Shown piece after piece: positions 45,217 to 59,100 of a DNA stretch of 64,000 nucleotides. The translations under genes were made by a program, and so were the position numbers. Numbering within the stretch: the stretch's first letter is position 1; each line of letters opens with the position of its first letter. Origin of the DNA: Iphione sp. A-MEVVRFRX5 (taxonomy: Eukaryota); assembly GCA_976226885.1 (NCBI GenBank), contig OZ320314.1, positions 109,120,001 through 109,184,000 on the forward strand. Direction: 5' to 3'. A model generated the notes under the pieces. It ran no database searches, was not told the origin of the DNA, and saw only the letters and a program-made list of their open reading frames with translations.

Positions 45217-46225
45217 GTAAGCATGGACGCTCTTCATGAGAGAAAGTCGGGTAAGCATAGAAGTTATAGTCATGACTGCAAGGCAAGTAAGCAAAGAAGC
45301 TATTCAGGAAATCAGGTAAACAAAAAAGCCATTCTTGACAGAAAGTTAGATAAACAAAGAAGCTATGCATGATAGAAAGTCAGGTAAACAAGGAGCTACA
45401 GGCCACTCCCTCCCCGCGGACGCGTCTCCAATGCGGACGCGTCTCAAATGCGGACGATTTGACGCAGAACGAACTCTTTTCCTATTGTTAAGCATTATGA
45501 GCTGACGTCTCCAATGCGGACGCTAAAAATCGGGGGGCGCCTCCCTGTGGACAGCTCACAGGAGCCTGCGCACCCCCTGACACCCATCAAAGAGTAGGAT
45601 TTTACACCTCTGTATATGTTTTCGCGCGAATTTGGGCCTCTCTGATGTCTCTCACACCCTGGAGAGGGAGGTGGGAGAGGTAGGGGGTGTCAACAGCGAC
45701 CTCTCTGATGTCTCTGACACCCTGGAGGGACTGTATCTCACACCTCTTTTAGTCATCAAATTCAGCACTTTTTGGACTTTAAGTCATCAAATTCAGCACT
45801 TTTTGGACTTTAAGTCCTCAAATTCAGCACTTTTTGGACTTTTATTCATCAAATTCAGCACTTTTTGGACTTAAAGTCATCAAATTCGGCACTTATTGGA
45901 TGTTTCAGAGTATTTGGTATGTACATATCAGTTGTAGAGAGAGAAGGAGAAAGGGATTTCATTTTCTAGTTTGACCCCTTGTCTGTTGGTTGGCCGCGTC
46001 TCCAATGCGGACGCGTCTCAAATGCGGACGATTTGACGCAGAACGAAGGGTGTCCGGAATCGAGGGAGTCTACTGTATTCAGGAAAAAGTCAGGTAAAAA
46101 AATAAGCTACTCATGATAGAAATTCGGGTAGAGAAGGGGCTATTCATGATAGAAAGTCAGAATAGCAGAGAAACTTATCATGATTGAGAGTAAGGAAAGC
46201 AAAGATGCTATTCGTGATAGAAAGT
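45202..46225 (+). repeat. About 34-36 bp minisatellite (ATGATAGAAAGTCAGGTAAACAAAGAAGCTATTC) split by a MITE (45202-45396 and 46078-46225)
   Basis: The units are visible directly. The MITE sits at the TA of a GCTATTC unit end, and the array resumes after it. Confidence 0.8.
45399..46075. mobile_element. Tigger-type MITE with internal about 32-bp minisatellite
   Basis: The ends CAGGCCACTCCCTC...CGGAC and CAGTAGACTCCCTC...CGGAC are flanked by TA. A 53-bp block recurs near both ends, and the AGTCATCAAATTCAGCACTTTTTGGACTTTA unit repeats at about 45750-45900. Confidence 0.8.
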
Positions 46226-46340
46226 CACAAGGGAAATTTAGCTCAGACATTATTCTCGCAGCCCTACTGTTCAGAACTGTTAATGAGAATCTATATGTTA
46301 CCGAGGAGACCACAGAAATCATCGTCCATTCATATCTATC

Positions 46341-47048
46341 TATTTTTTTACCTGACTTTTTCCTGAATACAGTAGACTCCCTCGATTCCGGACACCCTTC
46401 GTTCTGCGTCAAATCGTCCGCATTTGAGACGCGTCCGCATTGGAGACGCGGCCAACCAACAGACAAGGGGTCAAACTAGAAAATGAAATCCCTTTCTCCT
46501 TCTCTCTCTACAACTGATATGTACATACCAAATACTCTGAAACATCCAATAAGTGCCGAATTTGATGACTTTAAGTCCAAAAAGTGCTGAATTTGATGAA
46601 TAAAAGTCCAAAAAGTGCTGAATTTGAGGACTTAAAGTCCAAAAAGTGCTGAATTTGATGACTTAAAGTCCAAAAAGTGCTGAATTTGATGACTAAAAGA
46701 GGTGTGAGATACAGTCCCTCCAGGGTGTCAGAGACATCAGAGAGGTCGCTGTTGACACCCCCTACCTCTCCCACCTCCCTCTCCAGGGTGTGAGAGACAT
46801 CAGAGAGGCCCAAATTCGCGCGAAAACATATACAGAGGTGTAAAATCCTACTCTTTGATGGGTGTCAGGGGGTGCGCAGGCTCCTGTGAGCTGTCCACAG
46901 GGAGGCGCCCCCCGATTTTTAGCGTCCGCATTGGAGACGTCAGCTCATAATGCTTAACAATAGGAAAAGAGTTCGTTCTGCGTCAAATCGTCCGCATTTG
47001 AGACGCGTCCGCATTGGAGACGCGTCCGCGGGGAGGGAGTGGCCTGTA
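46341..47048 (-). repeat. Inverted copy (708 bp) of 45397-46104
   Basis: The arms are reverse complements with matching end points, and the ORFs at 45632-45874 (+) and 46571-46813 (-) are identical. The loop is 46105-46340. Confidence 0.95.
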
Positions 47049-50000
47049 CAGATGTGTGAAGGTGAAGCCAAACTATTGTCAGCAATTTTTCCACATAGAG
47101 TTGAACCTCACTTAAAAACCACCCCAGAGGGTGACTAACCTGAGGGAGAGACCAAAATCATGCAGTCCGAAACTGTATTTCTACACTATAAATCAACTCA
47201 CAGGGGAGATCACCTCCGTGGAGACTCCAAAATTGTTCATTCCCAGGTTTGGTCCCCTATGCGAGGCTATGCTGTACATATGCATGCAGGTGCAGGACAG
47301 ATATAAAACTGATTTCAACACAGGCATGCAGTTATCAACCTGAACCCCGGGGGTTGTACTGTGGTAGTGGACACATAATACATATGGAAAGTCCATCATG
47401 CAGCCTAGTCCAGAAGGGTGCAGATTAAACGCTGTGACTTAAAGACATGTACATAGAAAACCTGTCTAAGTGTCTTTAATGCTGAGTAATATTGAATGAT
47501 GTATGACTTACACTTGGGAGCGTCATACACGGCCCAGAGTTACGATGTTGTTTTACCCGTTGTGTGTAGTATAATGTTATGCATAGACGCCGGAGGGCTC
47601 CATGGACTAATGCTCCATATATTTTTTACCTGTCGACAGACAATAGGTGGATAGGCCACAGTTCATTAGTTTGAGAAACATGGTACCATCCAGTACCATC
47701 GTAAAAAAACACCAAAGACCGAACCTGTATTCCCGCACGTTTTCTTACACATATTTACCCTACGACCAAGTATAACCACAATATGAAGTGTTTTTTTAGG
47801 CTGTGCTGCTCTTCAAGATGTTTTCTATAGACCAGATAGTGTCCGTGTTAGTGCATTAAGACGACAAACAGAAACAAGCCTAAAAACACCTTGCAGGATC
47901 GGATGTCTATATCATATGCCAATTTTTTCCTGATCACTTACGGACTCCTATATGTGTCCCTTTGACTGATTTAACACACAATTATCCTGCTCATTCGCAG
48001 CGAACAGCCCCTTGTCTCAGATTGAATACCACCATTGTTTTCTCTGTCAATATAACAACACTCAAAGCAAACACATATCCCCATCAATAGTGAACAAAGG
48101 TTCGAAAATGGGAATTTCCTGGTTTTGCTCGCCAGTAGAGGGGAAATACTTTCTCCCTCGCAGCTAACCTTGTTATTCCACTTGGGAATAAAGAAGGAGC
48201 ACACATTTTGTCAGCGACACAACATAAAATGTCCCCCAAGTTATATTTTGCCATAGTACGCCCCTTTTGCCCCCGTTGGTACTTGTTTGTTTGTGTATTG
48301 TTTACACTGGGCGAAGTGTGTTTGAAGACTCGAGCGTCATGGAGGCCCCCCTCCCCCCCCCACACACACACACACAACCCCCGTTAATTTTAGGACACTC
48401 CTGTGACGCCTGTGACCTGGACTCCAAACCTTCATGTGAAACACTCACTGGGAGTACTTTGATCTGTTCTGAGCCACCTGCCCCTTCACCACGTCAGCTG
48501 GGGCCCACGGCTCCCCGGCCCCCTGCCTTCTCGACCTTCCTGTCCTTCTTGTAGCCCTCCTGACCGAGGCTCAGCCGGATCTTCCCGGGAGTCTGACCCC
48601 CCAGCCAGGCGACCTACTGTGGGGAGCATATACGAGCAACTGCTGTCGGCAAATTATCCTCTGAGCGTTCAGAGACAAGCGCATGCAAGGGTGGCTGAGG
48701 TAATCCTGGGTGTAGATGTTTATAATTGGCATTTCACGATCTTAACTGGCAAGTACCTAAATTTCTTCAGACTTTATTCAAGGAGATTAATAACATTAAT
48801 GAAAGTACGTGTGTATATGCTATGAAGGGTTAGCAAAACATTACAAGAATGGCTTGGAGACTACGCAAATGGGAGAAAATGTTTGATTGCAATATCGGTT
48901 ATCAATAATTCAATTTAGACCAAAGCTTAGTTGTTCAATGAATCGTATTAAGGCATCGTTTATGGAAGCTTTTTCAGATTATCTACAGTCGCACATTTTT
49001 GAAATTGTGAAAATTTTGCCGACTTAACAATATACAATCCAGAATTATAACTGAATGTGAGATAACCGGACCAACCAAACTATTTTTTATGCTTCAGAAT
49101 TTAAACTCAAATGGAAGTTGAGACACTGAAATGAATATTCTTGATCTGTTATCTTGTCACTGGCAACTGAGGCTGTGGGGGAACATAAATTTAGAATTGG
49201 AGCATGAGACTATTAGGAAGAATCATTAAACGTATATAGTGAATTCTGATAAGACTATATAATCAGCGGATGTCGGGAAAATGAAAGAATAATTACTTTT
49301 TAAAGACTAAGGAATGTTCTGTTTATGTTAAAAATATAATATTGAATTACCTAGAGCCATGAAATTCCGGGTACATATATAAATCAGTATGATTATAGTA
49401 ATCTTCGCCTTATGAACAACATGCAGTATCAGGCTTAATTCTTACACAGTAGACATCCTCTTATGTGACCACTGAAGGGACCAGCTAATTCTGCCCTTAG
49501 CACAGGGTTGCCCATATTAGAGAGCTGTTTATTGACAACATATAGCTTGACACCAGCAAAATTACCCTTAAGCCCTTGCTCCTAGTTGTGTTGCCCAGAG
49601 TGTAAGATACAACCATTTTCATGTGCTGCTAACAGCAACAGACCCACCGAGTCTAATAAATAACAGTGACTTACCATAGAGATATGAATTTATTTGTGAA
49701 AATTCATGCAATTATTACATCCGTGTTACTACTGAAAGCCACACATAAATAGTCTAAAATATGATGAGAGCCAATGTACGTATACATAATCGACACCGAT
49801 CTGTAACTACAAGATGCTTTGAGAGATAGTATACAGCTACAGCAACGGACCATACAGAGGAGAATTCACCTTTTATTGTCGTGTATCTCTTGTGAAATTT
49901 CACTAATAATCGTCTTATTATTGATATGGAAAATGGTTCCCTATTAGAAGCCGGGCTTTCATTTAGTGACAGTATCATTCAAATACACACATATATATAT

Positions 50001-50998
50001 ATATATATGACCTGTATTATGACTTAAAGAGAAATAGGCCATTCCTGTATGTTATGCTACGTATCAGAGACTTACTTCACAAGTCCTGAGGCCTTCGTAC
50101 TTATGAAACATTTACTGCATAAATCTCCTAAGTTTCGCAGTCGTCAATACGGAGGTATATGATGAAATTAAGACAAAATAAAATCAAAACAATTTAGCAG
50201 CCGTATCTTGATTGCTTAATGAGGTCTTCATTGCATCAAATTAGACTCGTTAGGTTTGGGACGACCGAAGAAAGGCTACAGGCCCAGACACCAGAGGTGT
50301 TGATAAGGCCATAATCGACCTCTTAATGTTGCACAGAGGAAACCCCCCCCCCCCCATTTCCTACCCTCAACCAGACGGCCTTACCTCTCGAGAGTGGACC
50401 ACACGTTGGTGTATTGGTGGGTTGGGCTGAAGGTGGGGAGGAGGAGCAGGCTGAGTTAAATTGAATCGTACAAATGGAGGTCAGTCCAATTTCCGAGGCT
50501 GGCGAATGGGCGGAATGGCGAGGAGCCAGCTGTCGGCAGTCGTCGGCCACTACTGTGGTTTATACTTAGGCCGTTAGGAGGCGCGACGGTAGATGATCTA
50601 CCGGCGGCGACTAAGAGCTGACATGAGTGGTGCGATCCGCTGCCGCCGCGGCCAGGTCCCGCTCTTCCGTAGACCATAGGTAACTGGCATTGACCGAACA
50701 CTCTTTTATTAGTGTCTTTCTTATAAAGATAACAGCCCTCGTGAAAATAAACTGCTTTGTCAGTCTTAATTCCGCCGCATGCGTCAAGTCCAGCACCCAT
50801 AGCGTACGTCTGTGAACATAAGTTTGTCTTTTTTAAAAACTCTTCGATATCAAACACTGCTTTGAAGCCTTCATAATTGATCCTCGCGATAGAAGGTGCT
50901 GGTGGTTTTACTTCCGTATATACCGAGATGGGCCCTTCTTAGGGACACAGAGAGAGAGAGGGAGAGAGGGGGCGATGGGGGACAGAGAGGGCTGGACA

Positions 50999-51183
50999 NN
51001 NNNNNNNNNNNNNNNNNNNNNNNNNNNNNNNNNNNNNNNNNNNNNNNNNNNNNNNNNNNNNNNNNNNNNNNNNNNNNNNNNNNNNNNNNNNNNNNNNNNN
51101 NNNNNNNNNNNNNNNNNNNNNNNNNNNNNNNNNNNNNNNNNNNNNNNNNNNNNNNNNNNNNNNNNNNNNNNNNNNNNNNNNNN
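50999..51183. other. Assembly gap (N run)
   Basis: The sequence has a run of N flanked by GA-rich simple repeat. Confidence 1.
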
Positions 51184-54100
51184 ATGTATGCGCCTTCGTA
51201 TTGAGCACCTGGATTGGCTCGCTACCTGATGCCACCTAAACTAGTAGAACCCCCTCCTTGAGCTGCTCTCACCCACCCCGGGACACCGCCGTCCATCACG
51301 ACGATGAAGATGGCGTGCCCGGCTACAAATCGGCGAAAATTAGTCAGCCCTGCATGGAGGACACGGGCGCGACTGCATGGGGGCGGCGGGCGGGGCGGCC
51401 GAGGCGGCAGCGGCCGTCAAAGCTCTGCACAGGAGGAGAAAGAGGAGGAGCCAGGCAGGACGGAGGAGCCGCACACCTTGTCACGACTCGGGTATCCCAA
51501 ACACATCAGCCGTCCGCAGCCGCCCGATTCCTCACGTATTGTTATGGTTCGCGCTGCGCCGGCCGGTCGGTTCGCCAGGTGGACCTCGGGCCACCAGTCC
51601 CACCTCCTTCAGACACACCCGCAGGCACACACACAAACACACTAACAGTTACACATACACACACATACGCATACATATACAAACACGCACACAGACCCAC
51701 AAACTCTAGAGGGGGGGGGGGGGGCGCCTACGGAAATCCCCTTGTTGTGAGACAGAACCATTCAACAGGCAAATAAACCCTGTGTAGGCCTACGTTCTTT
51801 ATCTAAGAAAAACTAAGTTTTCTCAGAGCAGATTTTTTAAACATTTACCAACTCTAAAATAAAAAAAAACCGTTATGTTAAAAACTATCTGACGCGAAGT
51901 TTTAGGAAGCAGTGGAAAAATATAGAGATAGAAAAAACTATTAAAACTGACGCATTGTTTGTTTGACACATGTTGTGATGCTGATTTCATTTAGTGTGTC
52001 ATATTTTGGGTTGTGTGGCACATTTAATAAGGCAATTAATGCAGAACTACATGGAGCGAAAATTTCAACCCATCAGCAAAGTGAAATTCAAGCGAGTGAG
52101 AAATACATAGGTACGTGACATTTACAGTGGAAACATGCAACATATTTTCGGCGGAGAACCACATAAAATAGGGTCAAGAAGGAACAGGTTGGGTCGAAGA
52201 TCGACGGGAGGCTAGGGTTCCCATTGAAACCATATCGCATGTGTGACCAACAGAGCACTCCCTACTGAGTCCTGCGGGGAGGATAGATTTTAGTGAAGAG
52301 TGTGCGTCGGCAGCAGCAGCAAGGAAAAGAAGAAGGATAAGGAGCTATAGGAGTAGGGGGAGGGGGGTTCTCTTTGCGGGGTATAGTGTGTGTTACAAAT
52401 CCCCCCGCATGTCCTAAGCCGCAGGAGCACAGGCAGAAAGTGGGCCAGCCACACACCATGGGCCATGACGGGGGGCCACACGTCCGACCTGATACCTCCC
52501 GCCTTGTCGTCGTCGTCGTCGTCGGCGGCGGCGGCGTCGGCGTCGTCGTCCCCGCCGCCGTACGGGTTTCAGACCCCGCCAAGACGGGACACGCAGCCAC
52601 CAGACGGTCTCTAGGGCCTGAAAACCTCGCCGGCGCAGGCCCCAAACCCTCCTGCCGCACTCGCGCTCAGGGGGGGTTTTGTCTCGGGCTGTCTGTCACT
52701 GTCTCTCACAACCCAACTCCTATTTCGCTTCTGTTTTGGCTTACTCCGCGCCAATTTTACTTCTCCTAGCCTTTATGTGTCAATACACCCTCTCCCTGTG
52801 ACCTACCGTATGTTGACTAGCAATGTTTTCGGATATGGAAGGGGGGGCCTTTTCCTTCTTTCAAAAATGCCTACAGCCCTCGCCTGTTGTTCAAACACAA
52901 ACACCCGCAAATTTTCTATATCGATGTTCTTCTTGTTGATGGCGTATGGTGGTGTTTTACGTGCACCTGTATTCATGCTTTAGACATGTGTTGCCGTGAT
53001 TTGCGTTTTGCAAGACATTAATGGCTTCCAGGAATCAGGGTATATCGAGCCATGGTTGAAGTCTTTTGCGTTCAAGCATCCATATACGTCCAAAAACCCG
53101 TCAAGAACTGAGCACCGTCCCACTCCTGCATCTGTACGTATTGTGTGTGCACACATGAATATGGACAGACTAAGTCCCCTTCTCGGGGTTTTCATGGACC
53201 TCACAGCAACGCATCCGAAAGCATGCATGCAGATACATGTAAAACCAGCCTATCCTCTTCACACGTCAAAATGGGAAGGGAAATTCGCGATTTGGCTGGA
53301 AAGGAGCTTGTTTTTCACATTTCACGGAAAATGGCACAAGAAACAGGCCCTTTCTAGTTCAGTATGGGTTTCATATATTGCCGTGGGTCAACGTTTCGGG
53401 AGGTACAAATTGGCAGGTCGAGGATGAACCATTACCATAAACGGGAAACGCAGATACGCGATCGACCCTGACCTCACGTCTTCTCTCGCGAGAAACGGTT
53501 GCCCACAGCGCCGTCTGGGGTCCAGACCGGTCAATGACTCCGGGCCATGGTCATGGATGGGGCCAGAGTGAATGACCCGTGAACATGGCCTCTTTACAAA
53601 GACTCTCCTGCAGCAACTACCGATGTATTTTGGTTCCTTCTACAGAATAGGCGGCCATAGGAAAGAACACGCAGCGTTATTCTCTCCGGTAATGATTGTA
53701 TGAGATGACCTGTTGTCGGGTACATGCCACAAAAACAGGACAAATAAAAATTGTATAGATTTACATTCTTAACATGACATAATGTATAAAATAAAATCAA
53801 AGAAAAGACAAATCATTACCACACGTTACTCCATTAAACGCAGTGCATATATATATATATATAAGTCGTGAGACAAGTTCTGAAGCATCACTGCAATTTG
53901 AAAAAACTAATATCTGAGGAAGAGAGGATCCCACGTTTTCCTGAATTTATGCCTGCAAAAGGGTGCCCAACACCCACGCATAAACCATTATTTCACTGGT
54001 ATGGTCGTCGATCACTCTCTCTCGCTTGTGTATGTCGTATTGTTTTACATGCTTTCAACATATTTTTCCACGAATATCGCGTAGCAGGTCACCAAAGTTA

Positions 54101-55755
54101 CTCTTAAGCTTGCGTACTCTGTGTGTTTGTGCGTATGTGTGCATGTGATTGTGCGTGTTTGAAATTTCGGGGGAAAAAACTGGTAGTTACTGGAGAATTA
54201 CGCATGGTCTACGTTGGAATTTGGGGTCTGTGGCTACTTTAGTTTGCATTTTACTATTGTCCTGATTAAATTTTAGTTGCCTGGCAGACGAGTACCCGGA
54301 TACGTCCGACTACACCACACATGTCGATGCATGTTTTATTTCAAGTCATTTTTTGTTGTTCTCGTGAGCTTGGCTGTCTGTCTTGGATGTTTTCCTCTGG
54401 GTCCCTTTTTTGTCCCCCATTCCCAGTAACATACTAAGGTTTTGAACCTGCCCCTCTTGAAGAACGCTTACGTGTGCTTTTATTGGGTGACGAGGAACGC
54501 TACACAGGTTTTCAAGTTTCCGTTTGAACCCCTATGGCGTTTGGCACGAACAAACGAGCAGCAACGATAAGATAGAAAGCAGGTGAAGACAAGAGGCCGT
54601 ATAAACGTTTACGTTTGCAATTATGAGCAGCTCAGAGCCAACGACTCAAGGGGTGTAAGATTATATGATACGAACTGCTCGCCCCGACGACTGCTGCGAG
54701 TTGCTCGGTTGAAGGGAGGGGGCCCCCGATCTGCTCGGGTTATCTGCTCCATGGTATACCGGCGGGCTGGGCCGGGGCAGGGGAGGGGAGGAGGAGGAAG
54801 AGGAGGAGGGGGCGTGGCCCTAAGGATCACATTAATGTGGGAAGGTGACGCCCCTGAGATGCTCTAATGAGCCTAATGAGTGCGATAAAAGGTCCCGCGC
54901 TGCCACCACCCGCCGAGCCACTATCCCCCCGACCCTCCGGGCGGGGTAGGGGGTACCAACCGCCCTCGTCCTTCTTACCTTCCGGTCGCCACGGCCGCCC
55001 TGAGGGCACCGACCCCGCCCTCTGCCCCCCTGATGTCCTCCGGGGGTTATCATCGCCTGGGCGGTGTTGGTGGTGTTGAGGGTCCCTGGGAGAGGGACCG
55101 GCGGCGCCCGCGGCTCGTACACCTACCCATCCTCCGGCTGGCGATCGTTGAAGGACCGCGGGGGCTGGGCTTCATCAAGCGCGGCACCGGCCAAGTGACC
55201 ATGGTCCATTTGAAGCAAACCGATCCAGATTGAGTCTCCGCGTATGAGAAACACATGGGGAGGAGGACTGACTACCTTGGCAAAGGGTGAGGGTAGGGTG
55301 GGGGGGGGGATCCTCCTGCATGGGGGGAGGCCTCTCCAGCAGCCTCACCTGTCGTCCTTATGGGCTTCTAATTGGGCAATGATGTTCCCATATCTATCTC
55401 CCATGGCCTGTTTCCTCCAGGCCTTAATTTACAGCCGGACGCGCACAATTTAAAGTCGCTGCAAAATCTGTGTGATATGAAGATGAAGTTATCAAAGAAA
55501 AATTGGCCAGTAGGGATCCGTATCAAAGGATACGTTATGACTTGAACTGCCTACACCCTACTGTATACATTCCCGCCTTTACATTCGCAGGTAAAAGACA
55601 TAATTGACTGCTTCTAAAAGGGCGCAGACAGACACTTAACCTCAACGAATGGTATACCTAGATATCTTCGTTCGTACCCAGTTATTTTTTAAAAGAATGA
55701 TCCTCCCATGAAAACTCACGAGACCAGATAAATGAGGGTTGGGCAGTGTTTACAC

Positions 55756-55773
55756 TGACCACCAGGGGGCGTG
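55756..55773 (+). promoter_or_regulatory. Candidate CTCF-binding site
   Basis: TGACCACCAGGGGGCGTG closely matches the established CTCF core consensus CCACCAGGGGGCG. Confidence 0.55.
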
Positions 55774-56059
55774 CTCGGCTTACATTCCGCGAGCCAATCG
55801 TCGGACTCGTCTTACACGCGTCGGGCCCATGGCGTGACACGCTGTAAGACTGCCCCCCTACCTTTAGGTTGATAGTTTCTTAATGGCCCTGCTCTTCACC
55901 CACCAGGGACCCCTTTAAGGCCTATCAAATACAAGCTTGGCAGGATTGCTTGGAGAAAGAGCGGTTTGTGTGTCCTCATCTGCTCAGAGCGCAATGTCGT
56001 GTTTATCAAATTCTTAACCAGATGATTCTGACTTTCGGTTATCTTTCAGGCAATATCCA

Positions 56060-56196
56060 NNNNNNNNNNNNNNNNNNNNNNNNNNNNNNNNNNNNNNNNN
56101 NNNNNNNNNNNNNNNNNNNNNNNNNNNNNNNNNNNNNNNNNNNNNNNNNNNNNNNNNNNNNNNNNNNNNNNNNNNNNNNNNNNNNNNNNNNNNNNN
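56060..56196. other. Assembly gap (N run)
   Basis: The sequence has a run of N followed by CT-rich simple repeat. Confidence 1.
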
Positions 56197-59100
56197 TCGT
56201 CTCTCCCCCTTTCTCTCTCTTTTCCCTTTCTCCTCTCTTTCTTCTTTCTCCTCCATCTCGCCCCTCTTATTTCTCTCTCTGTTCCTTTTCTTTTCTCTCT
56301 CCCCTCCCTCTCCTCCTCATCTCCATCTCCCTCTTCCCGCTCTCTTATCCTTGTGTCTCTCGCTCCCTCATTCTCTATCCATCGATCTATCTATATGTCT
56401 GTAGCTATAGAGAAACACACTTCGGGAACTCAATTTCCAGTATTGGCACCTAGAATTTATAGGTCGTTGCTATTCATTATAACACACATCAACAAAGTAG
56501 CAGTGCATCCTGTGGCCACCTCAACTACCTAAATATAGTAAACCCTGTGATGAGGGTAACCCCCTTTTTTCAGGACAAGATTAACTCGTCTCTCCATTGG
56601 TGTGATTCGAAGGCTCCCGTTGTTGTGTTTTAAGGGACGAATGCTGTTTATCTATACCTTCGTTTATTTGCCATGTAAATCAATTGCGACTGTTTATATC
56701 CACGAACACCATTGCTTGGAGCGCGACATGACCTACATGATATACACTTTGACGCTACAATAACGTGCTTGTATATAGGAGGACCCCCAATGTTCTACCG
56801 GAGAATTTCTCCATTTTTATCAGCTCGGCGAAACTCCCTCTATAAATAGGAATTTCCATCCAGCAAGAAGTGTGTGTGGGGAGGGGGAGGAGAGGCGACC
56901 TCTCTAAATTGCAGGAAGACGGAAAGAATTGTCTCCTCTGGAATGCCTCTATATCCGTGAGGATGATATTCAGATTATGACTGTTATTGAGGACGCAGGC
57001 ACTAACGTTGCCACAGAACTAATAAATTACACATGTTTTATTGAGTTGTTTTTTGTGGTGGGGGGAGTTCTACGTCATTTTAACAAAACGCTATATACAT
57101 ACATGCATGTTTACATTGCGCCTTATGCTGATACCCATCCGTTTAAAAGATGTTGCTGCTCCTGATGATGATGATGGTTATGATGATGGCGATGATGATG
57201 GCACGAAGGGAAACCCTACCCTTCGGGGACTCGTCCACGGCGTGCTCTTCTCGAGATGTGTATGATGTAAACACGGGAGAATGTTCTGTTCTTCTACTTC
57301 TCCCCTTCCCACCTCCTTCATCTCCTCCTCCTGCATGCTACTGTCGGCCCCGCCGCCGGGGATGAGAGCGCAGCCCCCTGCTGTCCGTCATCCACCGTCA
57401 GACGCTGACAGCAGACGACTTCCAAGGCCGCAGACGCCGCCCGTGCGCGGGCCAGCGTTTCTTCTCAGTTTGTGTGCGTGCCGATATACCATAGTGCACG
57501 TCAAAGAATTGAACGTTACGTGCGGGTTCTGCACATGTGTTACACGAATAATACAGCCAAGGAAGGCAACTCTCAATGTCAAGGCGTTTTTTTTAAACCT
57601 CTAAACGCAAATGTTCCTCGTTACAGTCCAAGCGATGCCTGGCATAATGACAACACCTGAATTCACTGCACATTTATTGGCGATCATCTTTCAGTGATAA
57701 ACCAGTACCCTCTGACGACGGGTATAACTTTCCCTTAAATACAGATCAATAATCATTAATTCTATAGTCGATTAAGTCCGAGGTTCCACTTGGTATGATA
57801 ATTTACTGTATGGAATTCTCCATTAACAAACGTGACTCCTAAATACCAGCATTCCGATCTTCTACAACAGAGTATAAAACCAGCATTTGTTGCAGACATT
57901 CATACTTCTATCAATTATAGCTGTCCAAGACTGACACTTTAATACATGCACATGTGTGAGTAGAATGTCATTCTGTATTAATCCTCTGTATATTTTTCTT
58001 CGGTAGAGAGACGTTTTTGACAGTCTTTAAAGAAAAACTGAATTTGAAAAAAGGAGAATAGCACAGTCTCTGTGGACATTGACATTTTACATTCAGAAGG
58101 TACACATACCTCTCTATGAAGAAGAGAGACCTTGCGTGAACCTTTCACCTTGACGCCGAGGCATTTTCTCCCCTGCCAGACTACACATGGACAGAACTGG
58201 CAGAGGGCCTGGGCGATGTGCTTCCTTCCATCACTGGCAGCCTTCACACCAAAAGATATCCAGCAAGCCTCCAAGCCAAACCCCCGGCGGGCCGTACCCG
58301 TCGCCGGACGAGGCCTGAGCCGCTGGCGGGGCCGCGCTGGCCTGACGGGCAGCTGGCGGCCTCTGCCCCGGGCCGTCACGGATCAAGTTGCCGCCGGAGC
58401 CGGGGCGACGTCGGCGCGGCCCGCCCTAACGCCGCCGGTCGCTGACAGACGCCTAGCCAATCGGAACGCTCTTAATTAAAAGGCGGCGTCGGCGCGCCTC
58501 GACGAGCCTCGTTTTCACACATGTTTGCGTCGCTTCTGGCAGCTCGACTGTCGCGGCGCCGCTTTGAAGTGGGTGCCCGTGGCCGCCGAGCGTGTCATAA
58601 CGCCGGAGCAGCTCGTGAAATGGTCCGAACATGTGGCACGAGCTCCAAGCGAGCAGCTCCAAGTGCCCGGGAGTTCCTTGATTCTCTAGCATGCACGGAG
58701 GCGAGCGTGTGAGGAGCGGGAGAGAAAGGTGAAAAAAGGGGAACGGCTGGAAGAGCATTTATACCTGACCTCTTGCTTGGTGGTTGAGACACGGGCAGAG
58801 ATAAAGAGCTCCTGGTAAAGGACAAGGAGCTAAAGTTCTGGCGAAGTATGAGGAGAGAGAATCCTAATGACGGACATGTGTGTTGACCTCTCATAATGTC
58901 GGAAGAGAGAGAGGAATGTTTATGAATATCGTTAACTTCTCACTAATTACTATAAATGCATGCTACTTGCGTACCTGTGTCCCCTTAATGTATCATGTGA
59001 TATTTCATAAATAGCTGATTAAAAAGTAATTTCATACGTTCAGATCTACAGTTTCGTCAGGCACAAATCATTGTCGGCTCTCTGCGCGATTTCTAACAGG

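Noticed and set aside
50896-51235. ORFs spanning N runs (also 55950-56453)
   Set aside because: These are artefacts of translating through assembly gaps.
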